A DNA stretch of 64,000 bases from an uncultured Chloroflexia bacterium (GCA_963766735.1 CAVYBU010000007.1:96001-160000), one strand, 5' to 3'; shown: positions 19,346 through 31,327, numbered from the stretch's first letter. Notes: generated from the sequence alone by a model not told the origin. Program-made: numbers and translations.

Positions 19346-20872
19346 ATGGACGTAGTCGCTGTAGGCGCGGCTCTGATTGCCGTTGTCGTCGGCGTGGTCG
19401 CGGGATTCTTCGGCCGCGGCATGTGGGCGAGCCAGACCGTGAAGTCCGCCCAGGACAAGGCGGCGCGCATCGTGGCCGAGGCCCGCGCGCAGCAGAAGGA
19501 CATGATCCTCGAGGCGAAGGACGAGAAGCTGCGCGGGCAGCGCGAGGCCGAGGAAGAGGCTCGCCAGAAGCGAGCGGAGATCGGGAACCTCGAGCGGCGC
19601 CTCCTCGCGCGGGACGAGCAGCTCGACCAGCGGGCTGATCTGCTCGAGGAGAAGAGCCGCAAGATCAACGACCGCGAGCGTGAGATCGAGCACCAGCGCG
19701 AGGATCTCGGGCGGCTTGGCCAGGAGCGGATCGCGGCCCTGGAGCAGGTGTCGGGCATGTCGGTTGAGGACGCCAAGGGCAGCCTGCTCGAAGCCATCCG
19801 CGAAGAGGCCGAGCACGACGCGGTCAAGCTTGCCCGGTCCATCGAACGTCAGGCCCGCGACGAGGCCCAGGACAAGGCACGCGAGATCATCGTCACCGCG
19901 ATGCAGCGGGTGGCCGCGGACCACACGGCCGAGCACACGGTCTCGTCGGTGCACCTGCCGAGCGACGAGATGAAGGGCCGAATCATCGGCCGCGAGGGGC
20001 GCAACATTCGCGCCCTGGAGCAGGCCACGGGCGTGGACCTGATCATCGACGACACCCCCGAGACCGTGATCGTCTCCGGTTTCGATCCCGTGCGCAGGGA
20101 GGTCGCCCGCCTCGCCCTCACCAAGCTCATCGCCGACGGCCGGATCCACCCCGGGCGCATCGAGGAGGTCGTCGCCAAGGCTCGAGCCGAGGTGGACGTC
20201 GTGATCCGCGAGACGGGCGAGCAGGCCGCCTACGATGCGGGCGTTCCAGGGCTCCCGGCGGAGCTCACCAAGCTCCTCGGCCGTCTCAAGTACCGCACCT
20301 CCTACGGCCAGAGCGTGCTCGTTCACAGCGTTGAGACCAGCCGCGTCGCGGCGATCATCGCAGCGGAGCTGGGGGCAGACGTCCAGGCGGCCAAGATCGG
20401 AGGCCTGCTGCACGATATCGGGAAGGCCGTGGATCACGAGGTCGAAGGCCCGCACGCGGCCATCGGCGCCGCCATCGCCCAGAAGAACGGCCTGCCGTTC
20501 AAGGTCGTCAACGGCATCGCCGCGCATCACCAGGAGGTCGAGTACGCCTGCCTGGAGGCACCGATCGTCCAGGTCGCTGACGCGATATCCGCCTCCCGCC
20601 CCGGCGCTCGCGGGGAGACCATGCAGACGTACGTCAAGCGCCTCGAGGAGCTCCAGGAGGTGGCCGAGAGCTTCCCCGGCGTCGAGCGCTCATTCGCGGT
20701 CCAGGCCGGCCGAGAGGTCCGGATCCTCGTCCGTCCGGAGGAGATCGACGACCTGACCGCGAGCAGACTGGCGCGTGACATCGTCAAGAAGATCGAGGAC
20801 AACCTCACGTATCCGGGCCAGATCAAGGTGACGGTCATCCGCGAGACGCGGGCCGTCGAGTACGCGAAGTAG
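19346..20872 (+). CDS. rny: Ribonuclease Y
   Basis: N-terminal TM, coiled coil, KH ([14 protein letters not shown]), HD (LLHDIGK), [11 protein letters not shown]. Confidence 0.97.
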   Translation: MDVVAVGAALIAVVVGVVAGFFGRGMWASQTVKSAQDKAARIVAEARAQQKDMILEAKDEKLRGQREAEEEARQKRAEIGNLERRLLARDEQLDQRADLLEEKSRKINDREREIEHQREDLGRLGQERIAALEQVSGMSVEDAKGSLLEAIREEAEHDAVKLARSIERQARDEAQDKAREIIVTAMQRVAADHTAEHTVSSVHLPSDEMKGRIIGREGRNIRALEQATGVDLIIDDTPETVIVSGFDPVRREVARLALTKLIADGRIHPGRIEEVVAKARAEVDVVIRETGEQAAYDAGVPGLPAELTKLLGRLKYRTSYGQSVLVHSVETSRVAAIIAAELGADVQAAKIGGLLHDIGKAVDHEVEGPHAAIGAAIAQKNGLPFKVVNGIAAHHQEVEYACLEAPIVQVADAISASRPGARGETMQTYVKRLEELQEVAESFPGVERSFAVQAGREVRILVRPEEIDDLTASRLARDIVKKIEDNLTYPGQIKVTVIRETRAVEYAK

Positions 20873-20885
20873 GGGAGCGATCGCA

Positions 20886-21750
20886 GTGATCGGCCGAAGC
20901 CTCCAGGCCGGCCTCGGCAACCCCCCGAACGGCAACGCGCCACGTCCCGCCGGGAGCCTGCCGGATCCTGATGATCGGCGACATCATCGGCAAGCCCGGC
21001 CGCGTCACCATCGAGCAGGTGCTGCCCGGCCTGCGCGACGAACGCGGGATCGACTTCGTCACCGCGAACGGCGAGAACGTTGCCGGCGGGATGGGCCTCA
21101 CGCCCTCCACGGCCGAGGCGCTCCTCGCCGCCGGCGTCGACGTGATCACGAGCGGCAACCACATCTGGGACAAGCGCGAGATCTACCCGTTCCTCGAGAC
21201 GAGCGATCGCGTGCTGCGCCCGCTCAACTACGGCACCCACGGCGTGCCCGGGCGAGGCTGGGGCACGTACCACGCACTTGACGGCAGCGAGATCGCGGTG
21301 ATCAACCTCCAGGGCCGCACCCACATGCAGCCGATCGACAACCCGTTCACGGACGCGGATCGCCTGATGGACGAGGCCTCCGAACCGCTGCCGCCCATCC
21401 GCCTCGTCGACTTCCACTGCGAGATCACGTCCGAGAAGACCGCGATGGGCCTCTATCTCGACGGACGCGTCTCGGCCGTGGTCGGGACCCACACGCACGT
21501 CGTCACCGGCGACGAGCGGATCCTCCCGAAGGGGACGGCCTTCCTGACGGATCTCGGGATGACCGGGCCGCTCTGGAGCGTGATCGGTTTCGACCCGGCA
21601 ACCGTGCTCCCGCGGTTCATCAACGCCCTGCCAACGCGGTTCGAGGTGGGCGACGGACCCGTCGTCCTCAACGCCTGCCAGGTGGACGTGGATCCCGCCA
21701 CGGGTCGCGCCCTGCAGATCGAGCGTATCCAGCGCCTCGTCGAGATCTAG
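20886..21750 (+). CDS. ymdB: YmdB-family metallophosphoesterase; apparent +1 frameshift near 20960
   Basis: RILMIGDIIGKPG, NGEN, TSGNH, DFHCE.TSEK, GTHTHV, TDLGMTG. RILM lies upstream of ATG 20971; the only RBS-linked start (GTG 20886) is one base out of frame. Confidence 0.88.
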
Positions 21751-21752
21751 GC

Positions 21753-22679
21753 ATGAGCTCTCGCCATGCGACTGGATCCGAGAAGCCGCGCGTTCCGGGC
21801 ACGGCCACCGCCGACGTCCACGCGCACACCCGGCGATCGGACGGCGTCCTGGAGCCCGCGGACCTCGTCCGTCAGGCGTATGCGGCCGGCATCCGGCTGT
21901 TCGCCATCGCCGACCACGACAACCTCGCCGCATACCGCGAGCTGACCGGCTCCGACGCCGAGCCGCTGCCGGCCGGGATGGAGCTTCTCCCCGCCGTCGA
22001 GATCAACGCGATCGCACGCGGGTTCCGGATGGACCTGCCAGAAGGCGAATTGCACGTCCTGGGCATCGGCGTGGATCCGGACGACGACGCCTTCGAGGCC
22101 GCCCTCGCGGCACAGCGCGACGCCCGCCGGTCGAGGTTCGCGGCCATCGTCGAGCGTCTCCGTGAGCTCGGGCTGCCGGTCGAGTCGCACCTCGACGAGG
22201 CGATCCTCTCAAGCGACGGTGCACTCGGTCGCCCGACGCTCGCTCGGGCCCTCGTCGCAGCGGGGTTCGCGAAGAGCGTGGAGGATGCCTTCCAGAACAT
22301 CCTGGCCCACGGGCAGCCCGCCTATATGCCCCTGACCGGCATGGGCCCGATCGAGGCGATCCGGGCGATCCGGGCTGCCGGGGGCCTCGCGTCGCTGGCG
22401 CACTTCCCGACGGCCCCTGAGCGCGTGCCCCTGATGCGGGAGCTGATGACGGAGGGTCTGGACGGCCTTGAGACCCACCACCGGTCATTCGATGCCGAGA
22501 CCCGAGCCGCGATGTCGGCGACGGCCGTCCACCTGGGCCTCCTCGAGACCGGAGGCTCCGACTACCACGGAGACCTGGGACCGTACGCCGAGACGCACGC
22601 GCTCCTGGTGATGCCCGACTCGCTGATCTCGGACCTTCGCGAAGCCCTCAGGACTCGTCGGGCGCCGGCTCGTCCTTGA
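21753..22679 (+). CDS. PHP-domain phosphoesterase
   Basis: DVHAHT..SDG, IADHD, ELHVLG, LAHF, GGSDYHG. Confidence 0.92.
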   Translation: MSSRHATGSEKPRVPGTATADVHAHTRRSDGVLEPADLVRQAYAAGIRLFAIADHDNLAAYRELTGSDAEPLPAGMELLPAVEINAIARGFRMDLPEGELHVLGIGVDPDDDAFEAALAAQRDARRSRFAAIVERLRELGLPVESHLDEAILSSDGALGRPTLARALVAAGFAKSVEDAFQNILAHGQPAYMPLTGMGPIEAIRAIRAAGGLASLAHFPTAPERVPLMRELMTEGLDGLETHHRSFDAETRAAMSATAVHLGLLETGGSDYHGDLGPYAETHALLVMPDSLISDLREALRTRRAPARP

Positions 22680-23415
22680 CGAATGTCGGGTGCAGGTCGA
22701 CCGCGGCTCCCCTGCGACGCCTGCGGGCGGTCAGGTTGAGCATCTCGACGAACACCGAGAAGCCCATCGCCACGTAGATGTAGCCCTTGGGGATGTGGAA
22801 CCCGATACCGTCCCCGATCAGCGTGATGCCGATCAGCAGGAGGAACGAGAGCGCGAGCATCTTGACCGTGGGATGCTCGTGGACGAAGCGTGAGATCGGC
22901 CCCGACGCGAACAGCATGACTCCGACCGCGATCACCACCGCGACGATCATGATGACCACGTCGTCGGCCATGCCCACTGCGGTGAGCACCGAGTCGAGCG
23001 AGAAGACGATATCCAGCAGCACGATAGTGACCAGGACCGAGCGCATCGAGGCGGCGGGTCCGGCGACCGCGTGACCCTCGTCCCCCTCGAGTGCCTCGTG
23101 AATCTCCGTCGTGGCCTTCCAGATAAGGAACAGGCCGCCGCCGATGAGGATCAGGTCGCGGACGGACACGGGATGATCACCGATGGTGACCACCGGCTGC
23201 GTCAGCCCGATGATCCAGGTGATCGAGAGCAGGAGCAGGATCCGCATCCCCATCGCCAGACCAAGCCCGATCCTGCGGCCGCGATCCCTCTGGGACTCCG
23301 GCAGGCGCTGAACGAGCACGGAGATGAAGACGACGTTGTCGATACCCAGGACGATCTCCATGACCGTCAGGGTGAGCAGGGCGATCCAGCCTTCAGGACT
23401 CGTTATCCATTCCAT
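22648..23415 (-). CDS. terC: TerC family membrane protein
   Basis: EIVLGIDN, DIVFSLDSV.TAVG, KGYIY.AMGFS. Confidence 0.92.
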   Translation of the reverse strand: MEWITSPEGWIALLTLTVMEIVLGIDNVVFISVLVQRLPESQRDRGRRIGLGLAMGMRILLLLSITWIIGLTQPVVTIGDHPVSVRDLILIGGGLFLIWKATTEIHEALEGDEGHAVAGPAASMRSVLVTIVLLDIVFSLDSVLTAVGMADDVVIMIVAVVIAVGVMLFASGPISRFVHEHPTVKMLALSFLLLIGITLIGDGIGFHIPKGYIYVAMGFSVFVEMLNLTARRRRRGAAVDLHPTFVKDEPAPDES

Positions 23416-23485
23416 GGCTCAGATCGTACGGTGTGGGGCCGGTTGCCGCTGGCGATCCCGCCGAAGGCACTACCATCTCCCCGAG

Positions 23486-25162
23486 ATGCCGCCCCGATCA
23501 CTCCCCGTCCTGGACCTGGTCCCGCCTGCCCTCCCTGCCGCCGGGCCCCGGGTTCCCGTCACGCCCGATGACGAGCGCCTGACCGAGTTCCGGCCCGAGA
23601 CGAGGGCCATGCCGTCATTCCTCGTCTGGACGCTGGGCTGCCAGATGAACAAGAGCGATTCGGAGGAGATGGCCGGCCGGCTCCTGGCCGCAGGCTGTCC
23701 CGAGGCGGCATCGATGGACACGGCCGACCTGGTGATCATCAACACCTGCGCCATTCGCGAGGCCGCGGAGGCGAAGGTCATCGGCCGCCAGGGTCACCTG
23801 CGCACCCTGAAGATGGCCAATCCGGGGATGCGCGTGGTGATGACCGGGTGCTCTGTCCGGGAGACGAACCGGTCCGGCCTCAAGCGGCGCTACCCTGCCG
23901 TGGACCTGTTTCTGCGGCCCGACGAGGAGCCCGAGCTTGTCGATCGGCTGGGGCTGGCGTCCGCCCAGGCGCCGGTTGGCGCGCTGGCTCAGGTTGGAGC
24001 GTTTCCGGCAACCGCAGCGACAACCCTGGTCAAGGGCTCGCCCGTCTCGGACGCGACACACCTGGTCCGGGCACGGGCCGATGCGGTGGCCGGAGGTGCC
24101 GTGAGCAGGGTCTCGGCGATCAGCGCCTGGCTGCCGATCATCTACGGCTGCGACAAGACCTGCACCTACTGCATCGTGCCGTTCAGCCGGGGTCCCGAGC
24201 GGAGCCGGCCGTTCGACGAGATCGTGGACGAGGCGCGCGCGCTGGCCGCGGCGGGCTACCGGGAGGTCACGCTCCTGGGCCAGAACGTCAACAGCTACGG
24301 CCACGACCTGCCGGCGGAGGAGCGGTTCGGGCACGTCAACAGCACGCGGACCGTGGGCCGGCCCCAGGACCGAGCGGCGAGACCCGACCTCGCGGAGCTG
24401 ATCCGCGCCGTGGATGCCCTGCGCACGGCCGATGACGGGGACGACGTGCCGGCCATCCCGCGACTGCGCTTCGTGACCTCACATCCGTGGGACCTGTCGG
24501 ACCGGCTCATCGAGGTCATGCAGGACTCCCGATCCGTCTGCGAGTCCCTGCACCTGCCCGTCCAGTCGGGCAGCGACTCCATGCTCCGTCGCATGGGCCG
24601 CCAGTACACCATCGAGCACTACCGGGAGCGGCTGACGCGGATCCGCGAGGCCGTCCCCGGGATCGCGCTGTCCACCGACGTGATCGTCGGGTTCTGCGGC
24701 GAGACGGAGGCCGAGTACGAGGACACGCTGCGCCTGCTCGAGGACATCCGGTATGACCAGGTCTTCGCGGCGGCGTACAGCGAGCGGCCCGGAACACCGG
24801 CCACCAGGCTGGCCGATGACGTGCCCGTTGCCGAGAAGCGCCGGCGCCTCGTCGGACTTCTGGACGTACAAGAGGGGATCGGGCTCGAGCGGAACCGGGC
24901 CTGGCTCGGTCGCACCGCGGACGTCCTGGTTGACTCGGTGGTCCCGCCACGCACGCACGACCACGGTGACGATGACGATGCCGGAGCCTCCGTGTCCCAG
25001 GACGCCTTTGCGCTGTTGCCCGAAGGCGTGGCCCACCTCCTCGGGCGCTCGCGCGAGAGCAAGCTCGTCCACGTGGCCGGCTCGCCTGACCTGCTGGGGC
25101 GCGAGGTCCGCGTGGTGATCGATCACGCGGGACCGTACGCGCTCCGGGGGACGCTGGCCTGA
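23486..25162 (+). CDS. miaB: tRNA-i6A37 methylthiotransferase
   Basis: TLGCQMN, NTCAIRE, CDKTCTYC, LLGQNVNSYG, HLPVQSG, C-terminal TRAM domain; adjacent to miaA. Confidence 0.93.
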   Translation: MPPRSLPVLDLVPPALPAAGPRVPVTPDDERLTEFRPETRAMPSFLVWTLGCQMNKSDSEEMAGRLLAAGCPEAASMDTADLVIINTCAIREAAEAKVIGRQGHLRTLKMANPGMRVVMTGCSVRETNRSGLKRRYPAVDLFLRPDEEPELVDRLGLASAQAPVGALAQVGAFPATAATTLVKGSPVSDATHLVRARADAVAGGAVSRVSAISAWLPIIYGCDKTCTYCIVPFSRGPERSRPFDEIVDEARALAAAGYREVTLLGQNVNSYGHDLPAEERFGHVNSTRTVGRPQDRAARPDLAELIRAVDALRTADDGDDVPAIPRLRFVTSHPWDLSDRLIEVMQDSRSVCESLHLPVQSGSDSMLRRMGRQYTIEHYRERLTRIREAVPGIALSTDVIVGFCGETEAEYEDTLRLLEDIRYDQVFAAAYSERPGTPATRLADDVPVAEKRRRLVGLLDVQEGIGLERNRAWLGRTADVLVDSVVPPRTHDHGDDDDAGASVSQDAFALLPEGVAHLLGRSRESKLVHVAGSPDLLGREVRVVIDHAGPYALRGTLA

Positions 25163-26127
25163 GCGACCCAGCCGCGGCTGGCGGCCGGGATGGACCGCTG
25201 GCGCCCCTCGTCGTCATCGGCGGGCCCACCGCCACGGGCAAGACCGGGCTGGCCATCGCACTTGCCGAGAGGCTCCTGGCGCGAGGAATCCCGGCGGAGG
25301 TGGTCTCGGCGGACTCGCGCCAGGTGTACCGGGGCCTGGACATCGGCACGGCCAAGGCAACGGCCGAGGAGCGGGCGCTGGTCGTCCACCACGGGATCGA
25401 CCTCGTGGAGCCCGATCAGCCCTTCTCGGTGGCCGAGTTCAGGGCGCATGCCCTGAGTGCGCTCGAGGCGCTGGGGTCGCGCGGCGGGATCGGGATCCTG
25501 GCCGGCGGGACGGGGTTCTGGCTGCGGACGGTGTTCGCGGGCATCGACACCGATGCGCTGCCCTCCGACGGGGAAGTTCGCGGCCGGCTGGAGGCCGAGC
25601 TGACGCGTGACGGGGTGGCGTCGCTGGCCGATCGGCTGACGGCGCTGGCGCCAACCCTGGCGTCGCGCACGGACCTGCACAACCCGCGCCGCGTGGTGCG
25701 AGCGCTGGAGATCGCCTCGCTCCAGGGCGATGCGCCGCTACCCGAGCCCGTGGGCTACCCAGGGCCGGTCCTGGGCCTGCAGCTGGTGGTGGATGCTCCC
25801 GAGCACCTCCGTCGCATCAGCGAGCGAGCGCGTGCCCAGTTCGACGCCGGCCTGGTGGGCGAGGCCCAAGCCTTGCGCGAGCGATTCGACCCGGCGTTGC
25901 CGGCCTTCTCCGCCATCGGCTACCGCGAGAGCTGGTCGTACCTCGACGGCGAGCTCACGCTCGAGCAGGCCATCGAGCTGGACGCGCGCCGCAACGTCCT
26001 CTTCGCCAAGCGCCAGCGCACCTGGTTCCGGTCGGAACGGACGCTCGCGATCCTCGATGCCACCGAGGACCCCGCCCAGTCGGTGGCGCCGCGGTTCGAT
26101 GCCTTCGTCGACTCGACGCTGACCTAG
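25159..26127 (+). CDS. miaA: tRNA dimethylallyltransferase (probable CTG start)
   Basis: P-loop GPTATGKT lies upstream of the tracked start 25300; SADSRQVY, GGTG, AIGY, AKRQRTW. In-frame CTG overlaps the miaB stop. Confidence 0.93.
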   Translation: MSDPAAAGGRDGPLAPLVVIGGPTATGKTGLAIALAERLLARGIPAEVVSADSRQVYRGLDIGTAKATAEERALVVHHGIDLVEPDQPFSVAEFRAHALSALEALGSRGGIGILAGGTGFWLRTVFAGIDTDALPSDGEVRGRLEAELTRDGVASLADRLTALAPTLASRTDLHNPRRVVRALEIASLQGDAPLPEPVGYPGPVLGLQLVVDAPEHLRRISERARAQFDAGLVGEAQALRERFDPALPAFSAIGYRESWSYLDGELTLEQAIELDARRNVLFAKRQRTWFRSERTLAILDATEDPAQSVAPRFDAFVDSTLT

Positions 26128-28061
26128 GCGGCTGCCGGAACGACGGTGGGCACCGGGAGCGAGGTGGGCTGCCGATCGACACGCAGGTTGGGCCCATGCC
26201 TGAAGAGGAACAGGGTCAATTGCGCGCGCTCTGAATGCTGACCGGGCAGGAACTCGAGGCCGTGCTGGTATCCACCGCCCTGCTCGTGATGAACCGAGCG
26301 AACAATCGCCCTGAGCATGATCGACACCCCGTCGGGATCGACGGTGAGGTTGATCAACGAGCCTGCCGCGCTCTCGATCGCGGCGACCACCTTCGCCCCG
26401 GCCACGGACACGTCGCGTGTTTCGGCCACCAGGCTGTCGAGGAGAGCCGGGTGCTCGACGTCAAACCTGACGCTTGCTCGACGCTCCGGCGCGTAACGCA
26501 GGGAACGGATGCGATCGATGGCCAGCCAGGTGAGGACGACGTTGAACAGCATCCACCCGAACGCGGCGACCACCGCGCCCTGTTCCGCGTAGGTGACGGG
26601 TGTCCGACCGAGGAGGGTCAGCGCGAACCACGCCCCGGCAAGGACGGATCCGACCAGTAGCCCTGAGAGGATCGCCGGCACCCGGACGCGCCGCCGCTCT
26701 TCGCCCTGTCGCCCCTTCGGGGTCACGACGAACGTCGGTCGCCTGCGGGTGACCAGGGTCAGGGTCGCTCGCAGGTTCGAGGTCATGCGCACCAGCTCGA
26801 ACACGATGGACAGGACGGTGCGATGGCAACCCCGGCTCAGGGCCTTGAGAGCCACCTGCTGCAAGAGGAACGTCACCAGGAACGCCGCCGCGAACGTGAG
26901 GAGGTCAGCCCGGATCGGAACCACGCCGGTGATCACGACCGCGATCGGCAACAGCGCGAACCCCAGGGTTCGCCAGGCGTCGAACCAGCCCAGGAGCGTT
27001 GAGGCGTAGGCCAGGCGCTGCGGGATCGTCAGTCCCCCGACCCAGAGTGGGTCTTCGCCGCGGAGCACCTGCATTGCGCCCGTGCCCCAGCGAAGACGCT
27101 GGAGCTGGTAGGTGTCGGCGTCCCCGGCCGCGAGCCCGCGCGCGAGAACCTCGTTGTGGTACACGGTGCGCCAACCCCGGCGGTGGAGCCGAATCGTCGT
27201 GTGAATGTCCTCGGTGATCGTGTCCGTTGCCACGCCGCCCACGTCGCGCAGGGCGGCGACGCGGACAACGGCCCCGGTCCCGCACCAGAACGCGCCGCCC
27301 CAGCGGTTCTTGCCCGGCTGCAGCATGCGGTAGAACAGGGTCTGTTCGTGGAACCGCTCGCCGTCGCCGGTGACCGCTTCGTGCTCGAAGGAGTCGTGGT
27401 TGTAGAACTCCTGCGGCGTCTGGACCAGGGCGAGCCCCGGGTCGTCGAAGTAGCCAACGGTGCGGACGAGGAAGTCGGCATCGGCCACATGGTCGGCGTC
27501 GAGGACGGCAATGAGGTCTGCCTCCACGACCGTCAGGGCGTTGTTGAGGTTGCCGGCCTTTGCATGCAGGTGCTCGGTCCGAGCCAGGTAGCGCACGCCG
27601 AGGTCCCGGGCAAGCTGTTCGACCTCGGGACGTGCCCCGTCGTCCAGAACCCACGTTTCATGAGTGAGCCGCATGGCTGCCGCCGCCGCGACCGTGGGCA
27701 GCAGGATCTCGATGCTCTCGTTGTAGGTGGGCACCAGGACCGCGATCCGCCATCCGGACTCGTGAACGTCGCGATGCGGAGGCCGGGAGTCGATGTTCCA
27801 CAGGGAGAACGTGAACAGGGCCAGGCCGATCGTGGCGTGGATCTCAAGCACAACCAGCGGGATCGATGCCCACAGCGCGTCGGGGTTCAGCGTTGAGCTG
27901 ATGCGCCAGGTCAGGTACGCGACGCTGACGAAGAGCGCTGTAACGGCTGTGACCCGGATCGAAACGCGCCGGACCAGCGACTCCGGCTCCGGCAGCGATG
28001 GGGCAGGAACAGGGGCACGCATCCAGCCGAAGGCTTCAGCGAAGAGCCGGGTGGTAGACAT
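26124..28061 (-). CDS. BcsA-like processive GT2 glycosyltransferase with PilZ domain
   Basis: PTYNE, DDG, HAKAGNLN, DADH, QTPQ, TED, QRLRW, FVVTPK; PilZ motifs RRASVR and DVSVAG. Confidence 0.88.
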   Translation of the reverse strand: MSTTRLFAEAFGWMRAPVPAPSLPEPESLVRRVSIRVTAVTALFVSVAYLTWRISSTLNPDALWASIPLVVLEIHATIGLALFTFSLWNIDSRPPHRDVHESGWRIAVLVPTYNESIEILLPTVAAAAAMRLTHETWVLDDGARPEVEQLARDLGVRYLARTEHLHAKAGNLNNALTVVEADLIAVLDADHVADADFLVRTVGYFDDPGLALVQTPQEFYNHDSFEHEAVTGDGERFHEQTLFYRMLQPGKNRWGGAFWCGTGAVVRVAALRDVGGVATDTITEDIHTTIRLHRRGWRTVYHNEVLARGLAAGDADTYQLQRLRWGTGAMQVLRGEDPLWVGGLTIPQRLAYASTLLGWFDAWRTLGFALLPIAVVITGVVPIRADLLTFAAAFLVTFLLQQVALKALSRGCHRTVLSIVFELVRMTSNLRATLTLVTRRRPTFVVTPKGRQGEERRRVRVPAILSGLLVGSVLAGAWFALTLLGRTPVTYAEQGAVVAAFGWMLFNVVLTWLAIDRIRSLRYAPERRASVRFDVEHPALLDSLVAETRDVSVAGAKVVAAIESAAGSLINLTVDPDGVSIMLRAIVRSVHHEQGGGYQHGLEFLPGQHSERAQLTLFLFRHGPNLRVDRQPTSLPVPTVVPAAA

Positions 28062-28210
28062 GACACGACTCTCCGGTGCGGTGCGTCCGCGCGCCACGAA
28101 CCGGAAGGACTACTGGCAGCCGCCGAATGGCGGATGGGCGCCAGGCCCGGCGGGTGCCCGGTGCCGTGTCAGGCGGCCGTGATCAGGTCAGCCGGTATGC
28201 TGGCCCAACC

Positions 28211-29529
<1,319 letters not shown>

Positions 29530-29533
<4 letters not shown>

Positions 29534-30135
29534 CGTCGCGTTCCTCCCAGGCGGGTCCGTTCGTGCGCCGGGCCGGAACGGGCCGTCTCCCCGATGGGCG
29601 TCGCGTGACGTGGACGGTGGCCGATGGGCGTCGCGGGCGTCGCTGGCGGGCAATCACCACCTCCGGGGACCGGCTGCTGCACGCCGTGCTCGTGGAGGTC
29701 TCGCCCGACGGGACCCTGGCCAGGGTCGAGGTGGCGGCGCCCGGCGGGCTGCTGACGCTTCATCCGGAGGCAGACGCGTCGATGCTGCACGGGAACGTGG
29801 TCCGCGCGGAGGGGATCGAGCACGTCGCGCTCCCGTGGACGCCTGGCCACGTTCTGATGGTCGGTGCATCGCCGGTGACCGCCGCGGTCGCCGCGGTGCA
29901 GCTCGCGGCACGGGTCGGGGTGGGGGAGGGGGTATCCGTCCCGGCGGTCGAGGTGAATGACGCATTGACGATCCGGCAGGCGACCTGGCGCGCGGCGAGG
30001 ACCGGGGCACATCGATGGCGATTGCTTGCGGCGGACGGGGGACCGTCTGTCCTGCTGGTGCTGGGCGAGGACGGCATGCCCGCAGGCCTTGAGCAGGGCG
30101 GAGACTGGCCGCTGGAGCTCACGCCGGACCAGTAG
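29530..30135 (+). CDS. Hypothetical protein
   Basis: ATGA overlap with the hflX stop; host-like codon usage. Confidence 0.75.
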
Positions 30136-30379
30136 GGGAGCCCGTCGTGGACGGAGTGTGGACAAGCGCGCCACAAATGCCGTCACGCAGGAATCCTCGT
30201 GGATAACGCCGTTGTAGCGGCCGTCGGTCGCAACGTAGTATTCGTCTTGCCCGAAGGGGCGGACGAACTGGCGACGGACCCGCGAGTGCTTGCACAAGTG
30301 GGGACGAACGGAGCCGCAGATGCTTGCATCAGCGGTACCGGCGCCGGGGAGGAAGTTCCTTCGGGCATTTCGTTGTCCC

Positions 30380-30641
30380 CAACTCGACCTTTTCCGTCGA
30401 GGAGCTGGACCTCGCGTTACAGCCGCAGCTGGTCGAACGCGAGGGACTGCCATACGCAGCCGCGCTTCTGGCAGGTCGAGCTTTCCTCGAGTACAGGAGG
30501 AGGGGCGGAACCCGGACGACCCCGATGCCCGACTTCTTCATCGGCGGCCACGCGTCCGTGGCCGGGTACCGGCTGCTCACGCGCGACGCATCGCGCTATC
30601 GCAGGTACTTCCCGACGCTCGAGCTGATCGCGCCTGAGTAG
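30380..30641 (+). pseudogene. PIN/VapC toxin, C-terminal fragment
   Basis: AFLEYRRRGGTRTTPMPDFFIGGHA...LLTRD..RYRRYFPTLELIAP; N-terminal part and antitoxin not found. Confidence 0.8.
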
Positions 30642-30723
30642 AGGGGCCGGCTCAGAAGGTGCTGCACAGCTGCCTGACGGACCCGCCAGACCCGCTCACC
30701 CCCACTCCCGGGCGTGGATTGGC

Positions 30724-30751
30724 ACTACCGATAATGTGAGTTATGTCCGCC
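30724..30751 (+). other. dif-like XerC/XerD recombination site
   Basis: ACTACCGATAA-TGTGAG-TTATGTCCGCC: 11-6-11 layout with ATAA/TTATGT inner cores, AT-rich in a high-GC background. Confidence 0.65.
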
Positions 30752-30981
30752 TAGAGGCGCGCACCTGGTACGAAGTCGCCCGCGAGCCACCGAACGAAGA
30801 GCATTGCGTGGCGGTGGTAGGTCTCGACGGTAGCGTCGCTCAGACCCGCTGATGCGATCGTCTTTCGATACATTGAGGTCTGGGCAACGAGGTCCGGGAC
30901 CGTCACGGGGCGGATCGGCACGGGGCGTCCGACTGCGATCATGGCGCGAGGCCGATATGCGCCCTCACGCCACCCGAGCAT
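30751..30981 (-). pseudogene. C-terminal fragment of a small helical hypothetical protein
   Basis: GLSDATVETYHRHAMLFVRWLAGDFVPG; begins with an apparent remnant repeat (GWREGAYRPR); lower GC3. Confidence 0.5.
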
Positions 30982-31327
30982 GCCGGCTGCGATGGCCGCC
31001 GGTGCCCGGCCGATGGGCGCCGGCGTGACCTACCACGACACGGAGTACCGCGAGTCGGACTGCGACGTCGAGATCTGGCTCGAGGTCGCCACGCCCGTTG
31101 CCGTGCCGGAGCCCCTCACGTGCCGTGGGGTCCCCGAACAGGAGGTGGCGCTGACGACGCTCCGCGGCGACTACGCGGGCTTCTCGGAGGCAGCCATGTC
31201 GCTCGCGGAGGCGATGGTGGCGGAGCGCCTGACGGAGGCCGGCCCGATGTCCAGCCTCTACCTGGTTGGTCCGGCCCAGGTGGCGAACCCGGCAGACTAC
31301 GTGACCGAGATCTGCATCCCGATCTGA
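30980..31327 (+). pseudogene. GyrI-like small-molecule-binding domain, N-terminally truncated
   Basis: YHDTEYRESDCDVE, RGDY, LYLVGP...NPADYVTEIC.PI typical of MerR-GyrI C-termini; no HTH, no RBS. Confidence 0.7.

Noticed and set aside
30146-30206. DnaA-box-like 9-mers (TGTGGACAA, CGTGGATAA)
   Set aside because: Only two reasonable matches, no dnaA/dnaN or AT-rich unwinding element, and genes converge here, so oriC is unsupported.
30751-30981. Integrase N-terminal (SAM-like) domain call
   Set aside because: Only a loose S..TV.TY...F.RWL resemblance, and the ORF ends without a catalytic domain; kept as an unknown fragment.
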